This document shows positions 32,701-40,811 of a stretch of 64,000 nucleotides of DNA, in pieces (positions within the stretch are counted from its first letter, which is position 1; each line of letters opens with the position of its first letter). The notes below the pieces were generated by a model. The model ran no database searches. It was not told where the DNA came from and saw nothing but the letters and a program-made list of their open reading frames with translations. The DNA comes from an uncultured Candidatus Saccharibacteria bacterium (GTDB lineage Bacteria; Patescibacteriota; Saccharimonadia; Saccharimonadales; EFPC-124): NCBI GenBank assembly GCA_965225085.1, contig CBDDBE010000001.1, positions 193,641 to 257,640 on the forward strand. Direction: 5' to 3'. The position numbers and the translations under genes were made by a program.

Positions 32701-35700
32701 TCATGGAAGCCACAAACTTTACCACGACCACAGCTGGAACGGTTTCGTCCATTACCGTCGACATGCGAAGCGTTGTAAGTACCAGCGACACTATTTCCGT
32801 AGCCCTCTACGCCAACAGCGCAGGCGCGCCAGGCGCACTACTGGCGTCGAGCACGCCACAGACCATTAGCATCACCAACGTGAACGGCGACAACTACAAC
32901 ACACTCACCATCCCAACGACAGCACTCACCGCTAGCACGCAATATTGGCTATCCATCAACACTAGCGGCGATGACCAATTCTGGCACAGCAGCGGCACAG
33001 GGCACACGACCGTCTATCTCGCCCATGCGAACACTAGCTGGCCGAATCCATTCGGAACGCCAACCTCGAGCGACGCCAACACCGCCCTCGCCGCATATGC
33101 GACCGTCACACCCACCACGTCACTCACGGATGCTAATGCCAACCCAATTTTCACACTCAGCCAGACCGGCCGTGCAACCTTCAAAAACTCAGCCGATTCA
33201 GCAACCGCCTTCCAGGTCCAAAATACTGCAGGAGGGGCCAATCTAACTGTTGATACCTCAAACAATCAAGTTGTACTGGGTAAGGCCGGCTCATTAGCTG
33301 GCAAGTTGGTCGTCGCAAATGCGTCAAATTCCAATATAGTCACCCTCCAGGCTGCAACGTCCGGTTCGGGCAACAACACAATTACAATCCCGAACGAAAC
33401 GGGCACCCTCTGTACGACAGCCTCAACTGTCTGTTCACTGCAGACAGCCTACAATGCCTCGACGGGTGGCTCGAGCACAACGCCGACCATCAAGCTCAAC
33501 AACTCCGTCGCGGACATCAACATCCAAGACACTGACGGCGGCCTGGGCGCCGGTAACTTCCTGAGCCTGCGCGCCAAAAACGCCGGCGGGCTGGGCGCCG
33601 TGGTCTTTGGGTTCGCCATCCAGGGGCAGCTCTTCGAGAAACCAACCACCGACAGCGCAACCACTGTCCAAATCGAAAATAGCAGTGGCAACACACTCTT
33701 TGCCGTCGATTCAAGTGGAGGATACGTCAACATTGGCTCAACGGGTGGCTCAACAGGTGGCACCGGCTCGGCGTTCAACGGTACAACAACCAATATCGAG
33801 ACGTCTCCAAATGCCAATACAACCACCAACATTGGTGGTACGGCTCAAAGCTCGGGCACAGCCACTATTAACATCGGCTTCACCAATACCGCAGGAGGCG
33901 GCAGCAACGTCAATATCGGCTCCGGCGGCACAGCTTCCAGCGGCACGACGACCGTTCGAGCAAATGGCGCGCTCACCCTGACGAGCGGCACAGCTGCTAC
34001 ATGGTCAACCACAACCGGCAACCTAACGCTCCAGGCAGGCGGAACCAGCAGTCTCCTCCTCGACACCGGTGGCGCGGGTACCGTATCAGTCGGCAACACA
34101 AACGCAACCACAGTCAACATCGGCGGTACAGCCAGCGCCGTCACCAATATCGCAACTGGCGACGTTGCTCACACAGTGCACATTGGCGACGGCGGCTCAA
34201 CAACATCGCAAAGCGTGACTATCGGCTCGACCGGCAGCTCTACCAGTTCGACAAACATCCAGGGTGGTTCAGGCGGCGGAATCAATATTGGTTTCGTTGC
34301 CTCGGCACAGACCATTCATATGGGATCAGCGGTATCGACGTCGACCACGAGCATACAGGGCGGAAACGGCTCATCCGCAGTCCAGATTGATGCCCAAACT
34401 GGCGGTACAGTATCGATCGCCTCACTCAACAACGAAGCGCTAGCTCTCGGAACCGGAGCTACATCCAACACTATAACTATTGGCGGTACAGTCGAGAGCG
34501 GTCTGCTCACGGTCGGGCGGTCCACCTCTTCCAACACTATCAGCATCGGTGATGCTGCCACAACCAATACTCAGACCGTCAACATCGCTACAAGCGCTAC
34601 CAGCACCGGTGTCGACACCGTAACCATCGGCAGCACCAACAGCTCGAGCGCCACTACCCTTCAGGGTGGCACGGGCAACATCAACCTTACGACCAACTCG
34701 GCATCGGCCAAGATAATCGCCAAGTCGAACACGAACTCTACTACCGCCTTCCAGGTAAACAGTTCTGGCAGCACCGTGCTCGACGTCGATACCACAAACG
34801 GCTTCGTCGGCATTGGCAACGCCGCCCCGAGCGTTGCATTGGACATAGGTCCAAGCAGCCTGGGCGCCAGCCAGCTTATTCAGGCTCGCCTCGGTGACTT
34901 GCTTTTCCAAAGCCAACAGGGTAGCAGCAGTGGCATCGTCGCCGCCACCAGCAGGGGCTCCAACGGTAATCTAACCCTGGACGGCGCCAACGGCAATGGC
35001 GTTTACCTCAGTCCATCAACCACGAACAACAACTTCCTGGCAGCCGGCGGCGGCAAGGTCATGATCGGCGGACAGGACGTTCCAACAGGCAACCTGAGCT
35101 TCGAAACCGGCGCCGATAAAGTCATCAACGTCATTACCGCTACCAGCGGCAACAACGGCAACGCTCTGACTATGCAGGCTGGTAGCGGCAATGGCACGAA
35201 CAAAAACGGTGGTAATCTCGTGCTCCAGGGCGGCAACAGCACTGGTAGCGGCGCGGCCGGAGTCGTTATAGTCAAACCTCAAACCGACTCGACAACCGCC
35301 TTCCAAGTCCAAAACGCCAGCGGTGTCGCATACTTCATCGCCGACACAACCAACGAACGGCTCTACGTCGGCCCAAGCGCGGGCGACACAACGGGCGCAC
35401 TGCTGGTGCTCGGCAACAAGACCAACGTTGGCGACCCAACCGGCGTAGAAGGCGGGCTCTATTACAACAACGCGCTCAAGGAATTCCGCTGCTACCGTAA
35501 TGGATATTGGAGCGGCTGCGATGTAGACCAAGTCGATTCCGGCTTCAATGTTACGGATGAATTCCTGAGCGGCGGTACATCATCGAGCGGTCTAATCGGT
35601 GCGCTGGGCTGGAACCGGGCAGCAATTGGCTCAGGCGGCGTAACATTCGACTACAACAACGGTATCGCTCCAACAGCGGACCACCCAGGTATCATCCGCT

Positions 35701-36239
35701 TCAGGGCAAACAACACAGGCGGCGTTGCCAACAGTGGACTCTCGATTGCACTCGGTAATGGTAGCGCGGGCAGTATGGTGCTAAGTCCAAGCTACGACAT
35801 GAAGGCGACAGCAGGCGTCGAGAGCTCGACCAGCGGTACGCAAACCTTCCGCGTCGGGTTCCACAATGAACACGGCTCGACAACCGCTCCAACTACAGGC
35901 GTGTGGTGGGAAGCAGACCCCACCGTCAATGCCAACTGGCGCTACTGCTACGTCAATGCCACACCAGCAACAATCTGCGCATCAAGCGGAGTCGGCATAA
36001 CCGCCAGCGTCTTCGCTCGCCTAGAGATACACGTAACTGCCTTGGGCAGTGGCACCTCAAATGTCGTCTTCACGATAAACAGCAACGGAAACAGCGCGAC
36101 CAACACGATTTCAGGAGTAACGGTTAACACCACCAACCTCGTCTACCCGGCCATGACCTGCTATGCCCAGGGGACATCCGAGCAAGACTGTGACGTAGAT
36201 TACTACCAGGCGAGCGGTACTGCGACTGCGCTGAGGTAA
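26748..36239 (+). CDS. Giant (3,163 aa) membrane-anchored repetitive surface protein, putative adhesin or fibre
   Basis: Single uninterrupted ORF. Pro-rich cytoplasmic N-terminus, one TM (IKIAIALVILALIGGVVIFI), then T/G/S/N/A-rich repeats, phage-tail-fibre-like ASTAAKGIAQFNATNFTA motifs (x2), and a Cys-containing C-terminal globular domain. Confidence 0.85.
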   Translation: MENQGNNTSTPVGGSRANTTMAAFDVVSPATSSGPPQAPPGLATPTRQSPRPPRGRRTGLFIKIAIALVILALIGGVVIFIRSMAPKGSVLSSQNSDATQRFNTLNIPLNDISGAGTVVLDNSRTLSINGQLKANNGFVLTPSGQPTNAVAGQLYYDKSSNELNYYNGASFIPLVNNPQTVTSINNTGGTFTLGGGLGLVGTQLSNTGVISIASGSPNLTVTNDGSGNVTLSTSGTSLQNTGGTAGFIAMFDSTNSITNSLLSQSGSTVSVNGGVTVSGTLNLQNSATTTINLANTTSGVTGQIYNDGNLHVTGGQNNLWLDAGGVGTIFLNAGNSNPVAINESTIPSYPLEVNGDVNLTAGHSYRVNGVVIGGGGGVSSLDGLSGALNLANSTGGGTTVTINDASTAAKGIAQFNATNFTAAGGIINTIQNISAASSPTFAGINTNSITPSAALTVGATSQNLTLQGAVTTLSSTSGANTTSLTFVTPTANAIYRLQAAAAGTYDICTTAGNCVGGGVTSPGGTPNQLAKFTAGQIIGDSIISDNGSLVTISGNLTVTGTTTLSTPLAVASGGTGSATASGARTNLGAAASGANNDITSLSGLTTALSVVQGGTGATSLTANGILLGNGTSPVTTIAAGTSGQCLTATGGAPAFSTCNLQTAYNNATGGTTPEVKLNTTGGALDIQDADTTLGTNLLNIRASNGSGLGQILFGVGSTGATVYQNSVNSATAFMVENAAGAAQLTVDTTGSRVVIGALQTNTISPTAALTIGATGQSFTLQGNASSTVTATGGGFTTTVGFSGSPTGAVTYNFDRTVAAGTYTICTTIGNCAGTGTGVTTSGGTTNAIPKFLSAQSLGNSIITDNGSTVTIGGALGVNTITPTAALTIGATGQNLTLQGATVNLTATSGGVTNSLTFATPASGNKTITLPNASGTVAVSASGPLTLDAAGNLTCPTCVTSGGGGGGVGAVDSVDGLTGALTIANSSGVGSTITINNASTAAKGIAQFNATNFTASSGTVNTIQDITTASAPTFGQLTLSSSQATAAMLTVNNTNGSGTGNLIDLQLNGSSKFSVAPNGNATVVGTLTSGAINGQTISSSASFTGTLGVTGLTTLSGGATVVGTLAANTLTPSSSLTVGATGQSFTIQGNASSTITATGGGFTTTIGFSGAPTGAVTYNFDRTASAGTYTICTTVGNCAGSGSGVTTPGGTANTLAKFTAGQAIGNSGITDDGTTITLGENVSISANKTLALANGTGTVTQTYTNTTGTASTLNATNSASSSTTTVTGQSINLTGTNNAGGANTVNGISFGNVTAATNNSFYGLNFGTGMTDILRYNGAQLISGTGLIQNAAFDSALAYTNITKVGALTSGSIASGFGTIATANTITGTTLNGTTGINTGAAGGTQRIDSSGNLVNIGTITSGLINGQTISSAANFTGTLGVTGLATLNGGATVVGTLTANTITPSSSLTVGATGQAFTLQGNASSTVTATGGGFTTTVGFSGAPTAAVTYNFDRTVSAGTYTICTTFGNCAGTGGGVTTPGGTTNSLAKFTAGQVIGNSGISDDGTTISTSEKISQAFTGTSGTGTTLAVTDSSASGASTLQGMAVNITGTNTSGTNTITGVNFGNVAAATNNTYNGIAFGTGFNSLLSYNGTQLISGAGLLQNAAIDSTLAYSNLQKVGTLSVGSIVSGFGTISTTNNISTTATVQGGTGIFTGANALTVGTASTNTGAIVFKGSGGTGTLTLQGPTTPNAGNFTLTIPAITGNANICTDNSVCTGYAAASGSSSYVQLQGATPGSAQTGHFNITGTGIAGTAIQTPLVDAATAATALNVGTTNANQINLNQNTAIATNKSFTANGAALFQDATNSTTALKVVNSANTSTAFDVDTTNSFVGIGTSAPSRTLDTSVNNSQITAPMALFEQAGSGDANIEFKTAAANSNYYVGVDSSNSNTFTINSYIAATSTVGSTYSLGNGTNDGTHDFNTNFMEATNFTTTTAGTVSSITVDMRSVVSTSDTISVALYANSAGAPGALLASSTPQTISITNVNGDNYNTLTIPTTALTASTQYWLSINTSGDDQFWHSSGTGHTTVYLAHANTSWPNPFGTPTSSDANTALAAYATVTPTTSLTDANANPIFTLSQTGRATFKNSADSATAFQVQNTAGGANLTVDTSNNQVVLGKAGSLAGKLVVANASNSNIVTLQAATSGSGNNTITIPNETGTLCTTASTVCSLQTAYNASTGGSSTTPTIKLNNSVADINIQDTDGGLGAGNFLSLRAKNAGGLGAVVFGFAIQGQLFEKPTTDSATTVQIENSSGNTLFAVDSSGGYVNIGSTGGSTGGTGSAFNGTTTNIETSPNANTTTNIGGTAQSSGTATINIGFTNTAGGGSNVNIGSGGTASSGTTTVRANGALTLTSGTAATWSTTTGNLTLQAGGTSSLLLDTGGAGTVSVGNTNATTVNIGGTASAVTNIATGDVAHTVHIGDGGSTTSQSVTIGSTGSSTSSTNIQGGSGGGINIGFVASAQTIHMGSAVSTSTTSIQGGNGSSAVQIDAQTGGTVSIASLNNEALALGTGATSNTITIGGTVESGLLTVGRSTSSNTISIGDAATTNTQTVNIATSATSTGVDTVTIGSTNSSSATTLQGGTGNINLTTNSASAKIIAKSNTNSTTAFQVNSSGSTVLDVDTTNGFVGIGNAAPSVALDIGPSSLGASQLIQARLGDLLFQSQQGSSSGIVAATSRGSNGNLTLDGANGNGVYLSPSTTNNNFLAAGGGKVMIGGQDVPTGNLSFETGADKVINVITATSGNNGNALTMQAGSGNGTNKNGGNLVLQGGNSTGSGAAGVVIVKPQTDSTTAFQVQNASGVAYFIADTTNERLYVGPSAGDTTGALLVLGNKTNVGDPTGVEGGLYYNNALKEFRCYRNGYWSGCDVDQVDSGFNVTDEFLSGGTSSSGLIGALGWNRAAIGSGGVTFDYNNGIAPTADHPGIIRFRANNTGGVANSGLSIALGNGSAGSMVLSPSYDMKATAGVESSTSGTQTFRVGFHNEHGSTTAPTTGVWWEADPTVNANWRYCYVNATPATICASSGVGITASVFARLEIHVTALGSGTSNVVFTINSNGNSATNTISGVTVNTTNLVYPAMTCYAQGTSEQDCDVDYYQASGTATALR
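28087..31870 (+). repeat. Intragenic ~1-kb tandem repeats (four copies, the last two most similar)
   Basis: Core units start near 28141, 29085, 30183 and 31182. Protein level: TLQGNASSTVTATGGGFTTTVGFSG.PTGAVTYNFDRT..AGTYTICTT.GNCAG. Long identical DNA runs are shared between the copies at 29085 and 31182. Confidence 0.85.
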
Positions 36240-36297
36240 TGGCGATCCACTAGATCCACTAATATTGTTGGCTATGCCGAGTTAACTCAGCGCGATC

Positions 36298-36846
36298 CTA
36301 CCGTTTAATTTCTTTCAGTCCACTCATTACCGTCATCACTTGAGTTGGCAACGATTTATTCGACGACGTAGCAATAACCCATGAATCAGCGGCCGCCAGG
36401 CTGGCAAAGACGCCCTTGTCGTCGGCACCTACCATCACGGTGCCGTTCGATGTTGTGCGCGATACAGGATGGAACAATTTGTGAGTATAAAAATCATCGA
36501 AGTTAAACCCAGATGGCTTAGCTTGGATACTAATTGAAATAGTGCCATTGTCACGATCCGGATTAACAATACCGTAAACAACAACCTGATTGTTGCTTGA
36601 TATCGATCCAGTATCCAAATGAAACCCAGCCGGCAAACTGGTCGGATAATACAACGGGAAATCCACTGACGATACCAAGTCGCTCGAGAATGGTGAGCGG
36701 GGGACGAACACGATCTGGAATATTGCCACCCCAGCGGTAACCAGAACAATTCCGGTTACCAGCGCAACTCGTGCGTTTCGAAATTTTACCGGTATAAAAC
36801 GAAGGATTTTAGAACGAAATGTTTGAGGCTTATGCGTAGGTTCCAT
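36298..36846 (-). CDS. Membrane-anchored hypothetical protein
   Basis: 182 aa with an N-terminal TM and an extracytoplasmic beta-rich domain. Confidence 0.5.
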   Translation of the reverse strand: MEPTHKPQTFRSKILRFIPVKFRNARVALVTGIVLVTAGVAIFQIVFVPRSPFSSDLVSSVDFPLYYPTSLPAGFHLDTGSISSNNQVVVYGIVNPDRDNGTISISIQAKPSGFNFDDFYTHKLFHPVSRTTSNGTVMVGADDKGVFASLAAADSWVIATSSNKSLPTQVMTVMSGLKEIKR

Positions 36847-36886
36847 GCATTCATCATGCCGGATTCGAGTGGTTTTGACAAACCTG

Positions 36887-38668
36887 CTACTTGCGCAACA
36901 GGGCCATGAACGCTTCGTTCGGAATTTCTACTTTACCAAACTTCTTGAGGCGTTTTTTGCCTTCCTTTTGCTTGGCCCACAGCTTTTTCTTGCGCGAGAC
37001 GTCACCGCCATACAGATGGCCGGTCACGTTTTTGCCCATGGCCTTCACGCTTTCGCTCGCAATAATCCGTCCGTTGATTGCCGCCTGCAAACGCACCTCG
37101 AAGAGCTGCCGAGGAATCACTTCCTTCAGCTTCGCCACAAAATCTCGCCCGACGCTCATGGCCTCGGACCGATGCGCCATGGTGCTGAGACTATCCATGC
37201 GCTCGCCTGCAACCAATATATCCAGCCTCACGAGGTCTTCTGTGCGGTAATCTGCCAGCTCGTAGTTGAACGACCCATATCCGCTCGTAGCGCTCTTTAG
37301 CTGATCATAAAAATCGGTCAGCATGTTCGCCAGCGGCGCCTCGAATGTAATGACCGCCAGGCTAGAATCGAGGTAACTTATATTCTTATGCACACCACGG
37401 TTGCTGGCGATGAGCGTCAGCACCCCACCGATATATTGTTGCGGCACAACAATCTCGCCAGTAATCCACGGTTCGCGAATGCTACTGATAGTCGCAGGGT
37501 CGGGGAGTTCGCTGGCGGCGCGGATTGTTTCGATCGTGCCGTTCAGTAGCTCAACCTGATAATCAGTTGACGGGTTCGTCACAATCAAATCGATATTGTG
37601 CGACCTTTCCAGTCGCTCCTTAACGATCTCCATGTGCAGCAGCCCCAGAAAACCTATTCGAAATCCATACCCCAAGACTTGCGAATTTTCTGGCATAAAT
37701 TGGAGCGCGGCGTCATTGAGCTGCAATTTCTCTAGCGCGTCCTTCAGGCTTGCATAATCATCGGCAGAACTAGGAAAAACACCAGCGTACACAAATGGCT
37801 TGACCTCGCGGTAGCCATCCAACGCAACACTGGCCAGAGCTTTGGTGAGGGTGACGGTATCGCCGACGCGAGCTTCGGCAACGGACTTTAGGTTGGTGAC
37901 GATATAGCCAATCTCACCCGTCTCCAGGCTGGATCCAGGAACCGATTTGGGTGTAAGCGTGCCTGTTTCTATTGCTAGGCCATGGCTTCGTGCAGCCATC
38001 ATGGTTATCTCGGCCTGCTTGGGAATATCGCCGTCCATCACGCGCACATACAGGATAACCCCTCGGTAGTCGTCGTACATCGAGTCGAAAATGAGAGCCC
38101 TGGTCGGAGCATCTGCCTTGCCGAACGGAGCGGGAACGCGCTCAAGCACAGCCTCCAAAACACTTTCGACGCCGGCGCCAGTCTTGGCGCTCACCAGCAA
38201 AATATCTTCCTTGGCGCACCCCAGCAGGTTCATAACTTCTTCGCTCACCCGGTCTACATCTGCCGCCGGCAAATCAATCTTGTTCAACACAGGAATAATG
38301 GTAAGGTTAGCATCGATCGCCAAATAGACATTGGCCAGCGTTTGGGCCTGAATACCCTGGCTGGCGTCGATGACCAGCAATGCCCCTTCGCAGGCGGCCA
38401 GGCTACGCGACACTTCATAGCTAAAATCGACATGCCCGGGCGTATCGATGAGGTTCAATTGATGGCCTTTGTATCGCATACGAACGGGCTGAAGCTTGAT
38501 GGTAATGCCCTTTTCCCGCTCTAAATCCATGCTATCGAGCAGCTGAGCCTTCATGTCACGCTTGTGCACTGTGCCGGTGACCTCAAGCAAACGATCAGCA
38601 AGTGTACTCTTGCCGTGATCAATATGTGCAATGATGCAGAAGTTCCGAATTGATTGTTGTGGGGTCAT
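36887..38668 (-). CDS. lepA: Elongation factor 4 (LepA)
   Basis: 593 aa with IRNFCIIAHIDHGKSTLADR and a full-length LepA sequence. Confidence 0.97.
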   Translation of the reverse strand: MTPQQSIRNFCIIAHIDHGKSTLADRLLEVTGTVHKRDMKAQLLDSMDLEREKGITIKLQPVRMRYKGHQLNLIDTPGHVDFSYEVSRSLAACEGALLVIDASQGIQAQTLANVYLAIDANLTIIPVLNKIDLPAADVDRVSEEVMNLLGCAKEDILLVSAKTGAGVESVLEAVLERVPAPFGKADAPTRALIFDSMYDDYRGVILYVRVMDGDIPKQAEITMMAARSHGLAIETGTLTPKSVPGSSLETGEIGYIVTNLKSVAEARVGDTVTLTKALASVALDGYREVKPFVYAGVFPSSADDYASLKDALEKLQLNDAALQFMPENSQVLGYGFRIGFLGLLHMEIVKERLERSHNIDLIVTNPSTDYQVELLNGTIETIRAASELPDPATISSIREPWITGEIVVPQQYIGGVLTLIASNRGVHKNISYLDSSLAVITFEAPLANMLTDFYDQLKSATSGYGSFNYELADYRTEDLVRLDILVAGERMDSLSTMAHRSEAMSVGRDFVAKLKEVIPRQLFEVRLQAAINGRIIASESVKAMGKNVTGHLYGGDVSRKKKLWAKQKEGKKRLKKFGKVEIPNEAFMALLRK

Positions 38669-38676
38669 AAAAATTT

Positions 38677-40302
38677 CTATTGCAGAGGCTTCGTCTGGCG
38701 GAATAACAGTTTATTGATCTTATCGAGCACAGGGTTTGCCTCTTCCAACCGGAAGACACGGCTAATGGCCAGGTATGTGCCAAGTCCCACGATGACGATG
38801 ATGCCGAACTTTGGTATAAGCGCAAAAAAGCGCGTATCGGTTGCGTTTAGGTCAAACGTCTTAACCATGACGTAGGTGATGACAAACATCAAACCCGTCG
38901 CAGACACCATACGTAATATACCACTAGTAAAGTCAACATCAAAGAGCCCTTTCAGGCGATGCGACATTACGATGAACAATATACACACTTCGAAAAACGC
39001 TACGATCGACTGCGCGAGCGCCAAACCCAGCACGCCAAACTGCAATCCCATCACGAACCACACCGCCAGCGCGATGTTGAGCCCAATCGCCGCAATAGAG
39101 ATATAGAGCGGAGTACGCGTATCTTGCTGTGCATAAAAACTCCTGGAAGCAATGTGATAAATAGAGCGAAATAGAATGGCAATAGACAGCAAACCCAAAA
39201 TATCGGCGATAGTCGGATCGCCACCCTGTTTCAGAAAGCTCACAATATACCCTCGGCCCAAAAATGCGATCACGGCCGTCGGCAATGCTAGCCAGATGAT
39301 AACACGCAGTATTTGCTGCAGCTCTTTCTTGAACTGACCAATCTGGCCATGCGCCATGCGCTCGGTCATCGTCGGAAAGGCTGCAGTCGAAATAGCCACA
39401 CCAATAAGCGTAACCGGAACCATGTGTAACGTCTGCGCCACCTGATAGGCCGTAATGGTTCCCTCCCGCAGGCGCGACGCCAGGTTAATTTCGACGAGGT
39501 TGTTAAAGTAATCAATACCTTGGTCAAGCGAGCGAGCGGGAAGTAGCCGCAACACTTGCTTGAGTCCATGATTGCGCCAATAAATCTTGAACTGGTAGAC
39601 AAAATTCATCCCATGCATGCCGACGCTACTTACGAGTAGCTGCATAATCGACCCCAACACAACACCAACGGCCACACCCATTATCCCGCCCTCGAACACG
39701 TGCCAACTGCCGATCGTCACACCATTAGTTAGGAACAAGATACCAATAATAATTCCCACACTGTACATCGACGGCGCCAGCGCAAAGAAGAAAAACCGGC
39801 CCACGGCCTGCTGCATGCTGGCCAGAACACTACTGATCGAAAACAAGAATGGGTTCACCGCAATCACACGCATCATCGATGCAGCCAGATTGCTCGTGCT
39901 CTCATCCAGGCCCGGCGCCACCACGTATTTGACCAGCGGCTCGGCAAAGATAATGATGAGAAGGCTGGCGACAAACGTCATGATCGCCAATAGGTTGATC
40001 AAGCTCGAGCTCAGTTCCCAAGCTGATTTTTTGTTCCCCTTGCTGAGGCGTTCGTTGAATACCGGGATGAAGGTGACGCTGAGTGCGCCCGATACCAAGA
40101 TGAAAAACATGAAGTCAGGAATTGTAAACGCAACTTTGTATGCGTCGATCGCGGTGGGATACGTATCGTAATAATAGCTGAGGAGTAGCTTCTCGCGGTA
40201 CAACCCCAAAATATTGGCGATCAAGGTCGAACCGGCTAGCAAGCTTGCCGCCAGCCCAATGCCCATACGCACATTTGCGCGCTCTAAAAACTTGTTGACC
40301 AT
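38677..40302 (-). CDS. murJ: Lipid II flippase MurJ/MviN
   Basis: 541-aa polytopic MOP-superfamily pattern. Confidence 0.85.
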   Translation of the reverse strand: MVNKFLERANVRMGIGLAASLLAGSTLIANILGLYREKLLLSYYYDTYPTAIDAYKVAFTIPDFMFFILVSGALSVTFIPVFNERLSKGNKKSAWELSSSLINLLAIMTFVASLLIIIFAEPLVKYVVAPGLDESTSNLAASMMRVIAVNPFLFSISSVLASMQQAVGRFFFFALAPSMYSVGIIIGILFLTNGVTIGSWHVFEGGIMGVAVGVVLGSIMQLLVSSVGMHGMNFVYQFKIYWRNHGLKQVLRLLPARSLDQGIDYFNNLVEINLASRLREGTITAYQVAQTLHMVPVTLIGVAISTAAFPTMTERMAHGQIGQFKKELQQILRVIIWLALPTAVIAFLGRGYIVSFLKQGGDPTIADILGLLSIAILFRSIYHIASRSFYAQQDTRTPLYISIAAIGLNIALAVWFVMGLQFGVLGLALAQSIVAFFEVCILFIVMSHRLKGLFDVDFTSGILRMVSATGLMFVITYVMVKTFDLNATDTRFFALIPKFGIIVIVGLGTYLAISRVFRLEEANPVLDKINKLLFRQTKPLQ

Positions 40303-40431
40303 GCTACCAGCATTATAGTCCGGCAGAACAGATTAGGAAAGCACTTGGCGGCATGCCCTCTTAAGACTTGCTGAGCGTTTTAGAATAGTCTAGAATAATG
40401 TTACGTCCAGGTTGCACGCTAGGAGGCACAG

Positions 40432-40743
40432 ATGAAACTGACTGAAACACAGATTGCGCTGCTCGGTATCCTGGAGCAAAGAGGGCCAGAAAATGGGTTG
40501 GCCATGATCGGCCTCTGCGAACAAGCGGGGATCGACCGCACTAGCTTCACGGCTATACGCGGCCTGGTCATTTTTGGCCTGGTCAAGGAATATAAGCGGC
40601 CCCTCACCTCTGAAGGACCTTCGGTTGGTGTCGAGCTCCGGCTCATCGACCTCAGCCCAATCCTATACAGCATCACCCAGGCAGGCATGGCTCACTACGC
40701 CGAGCTGCAAAAGCGATCGGACAGCACCAGCCCAGAGGAGTAA
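40432..40743 (+). CDS. Orphan small winged-helix (MarR/PadR-like) DNA-binding protein (cassette G)
   Basis: Promoter TTGCTG-N17-TAGAAT (40368-40396), SD aggagg. LTETQIALLGILEQRGPENGLAMIGLCEQAGIDRTSFTAIRGLVIFGLV looks like a wHTH. Confidence 0.55.
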   Translation: MKLTETQIALLGILEQRGPENGLAMIGLCEQAGIDRTSFTAIRGLVIFGLVKEYKRPLTSEGPSVGVELRLIDLSPILYSITQAGMAHYAELQKRSDSTSPEE

Positions 40744-40757
40744 TGCGGCCGGGTACG

Positions 40758-40791
40758 GCAAGGGCGACGATCATACGCTCGTCGCCCTTGC
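40758..40791. terminator. Hairpin between convergent cassette G and ftsH
   Basis: gcaagggcgacg / cgtcgcccttgc, a 12-bp perfect stem. Confidence 0.65.
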
Positions 40792-40811
40792 AATCATATT
40801 TTTGTTATCCG

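Noticed and set aside
26756-36136. Many 60-214 aa ORFs on both strands inside the giant gene.
   Set aside because: They are by-products of the repetitive, stop-poor composition. The single 9.5-kb frame explains the region.
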